From positions 1 to 35,096 of the forward strand of contig LVLI01000376.1 in assembly GCA_001687465.1 (NCBI GenBank): a stretch of 35,096 nt of DNA, read 5' to 3'. A program made the translations under genes and the position numbers. The notes beneath the pieces were generated by a model that was not told the origin of the DNA, did no database searches, and worked only from the letters and a program-made list of their open reading frames with translations. Source of the DNA: Halocafeteria seosinensis. Taxonomy: Eukaryota. Shown one piece after another: positions 34,607 through 35,096 of the stretch (positions are counted from its first letter, which is position 1; each line of letters begins with the position of its first letter).

Positions 34607-35096
34607 TCCGGCCCGGGGTTTTCACAGATTTCTTGGGTGTGCAAGGGGAAATTTCGGTTCTCGGACCAAAATGTACTATTTTATGGTTTTATGGCCCATG
34701 TAAACACCTCATATAGACTCTAGATAACAGAAATTGTGTAAAATTGAACATTTTCGGAGGATAGAGTCATTAAACATCTTACTCGTGGCCTTCTGGAATT
34801 TCTGGTTCCGCACTTTCCATACTCGCAGAATGTCGACCGGGAGACAGAAGGGGAACCTCTTATGAAAATCGTACACCATGTCATGTATCATCTCATAATT
34901 TGTTGCGGATTTTAAAAGACCATCAGTAAGCTCATTTTATCGTAGAGAAGCCTGCGGATCTTCCGTTCGGTTCTTGACCTGCGAAAGCTCGCTCTACTGT
35001 GGCGTTGCTCACTCCTATAGTGAGATACTGTATCTCAACATCACTTGTTCTAGGCTCCTTCCTTCCATGTTATGCTCCTTTTTGCCTGTTTCTAGC
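34503..35096 (-). mobile_element. Decayed 3' end of a hAT-like DNA transposon
   Basis: The minus strand at 35027-34983 encodes YLTIGVSNATVERAF. After a frameshift it continues VKNRTEDPQASLR*NELTDGLLKSATNY, matching the hAT C-terminal dimerisation pattern YLxIPxSxAxVERxFS..RxxL..LL..N. Terminal/subterminal-like repeats lie downstream. Confidence 0.6.

Noticed and set aside
34709..34891. CSILHNF as a PIF/Harbinger transposase motif
   Set aside because: The upstream in-frame sequence fits the hAT dimerisation domain better, and no Harbinger DDE context is visible.

Overview
Gene-dense genomic DNA from a compact unicellular eukaryote. It has short spliceosomal introns, mostly 61-87 nt and GT-AG; a stramenopile-like protist is plausible but cannot be proven from this window. 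Bases 1-29825 are a tightly packed block of genes: a Ser/Thr-rich type I membrane protein, WIPI3/Atg18, a degenerate class II photolyase-like gene, MON2, a DENN protein with an ENTH-like tail, a MidA/NDUFAF7-family methyltransferase, a 717-aa helical protein, a VPS9 GEF, SLBP and UTP6. Bases 29826-35096 look accessory. They hold two tandem, decayed, paralogous ORF fragments, each followed on the same strand by a densely base-paired RNA-like region (about 190 nt and 650 nt). They also hold a gene combining a degenerate CHAT/caspase-like region with a DUF3990-like ADP-ribosyltransferase-fold domain, and the decayed end of a hAT-like transposon. All family assignments come from recalled motifs and manual splicing and folding; no database search or folding program was run.
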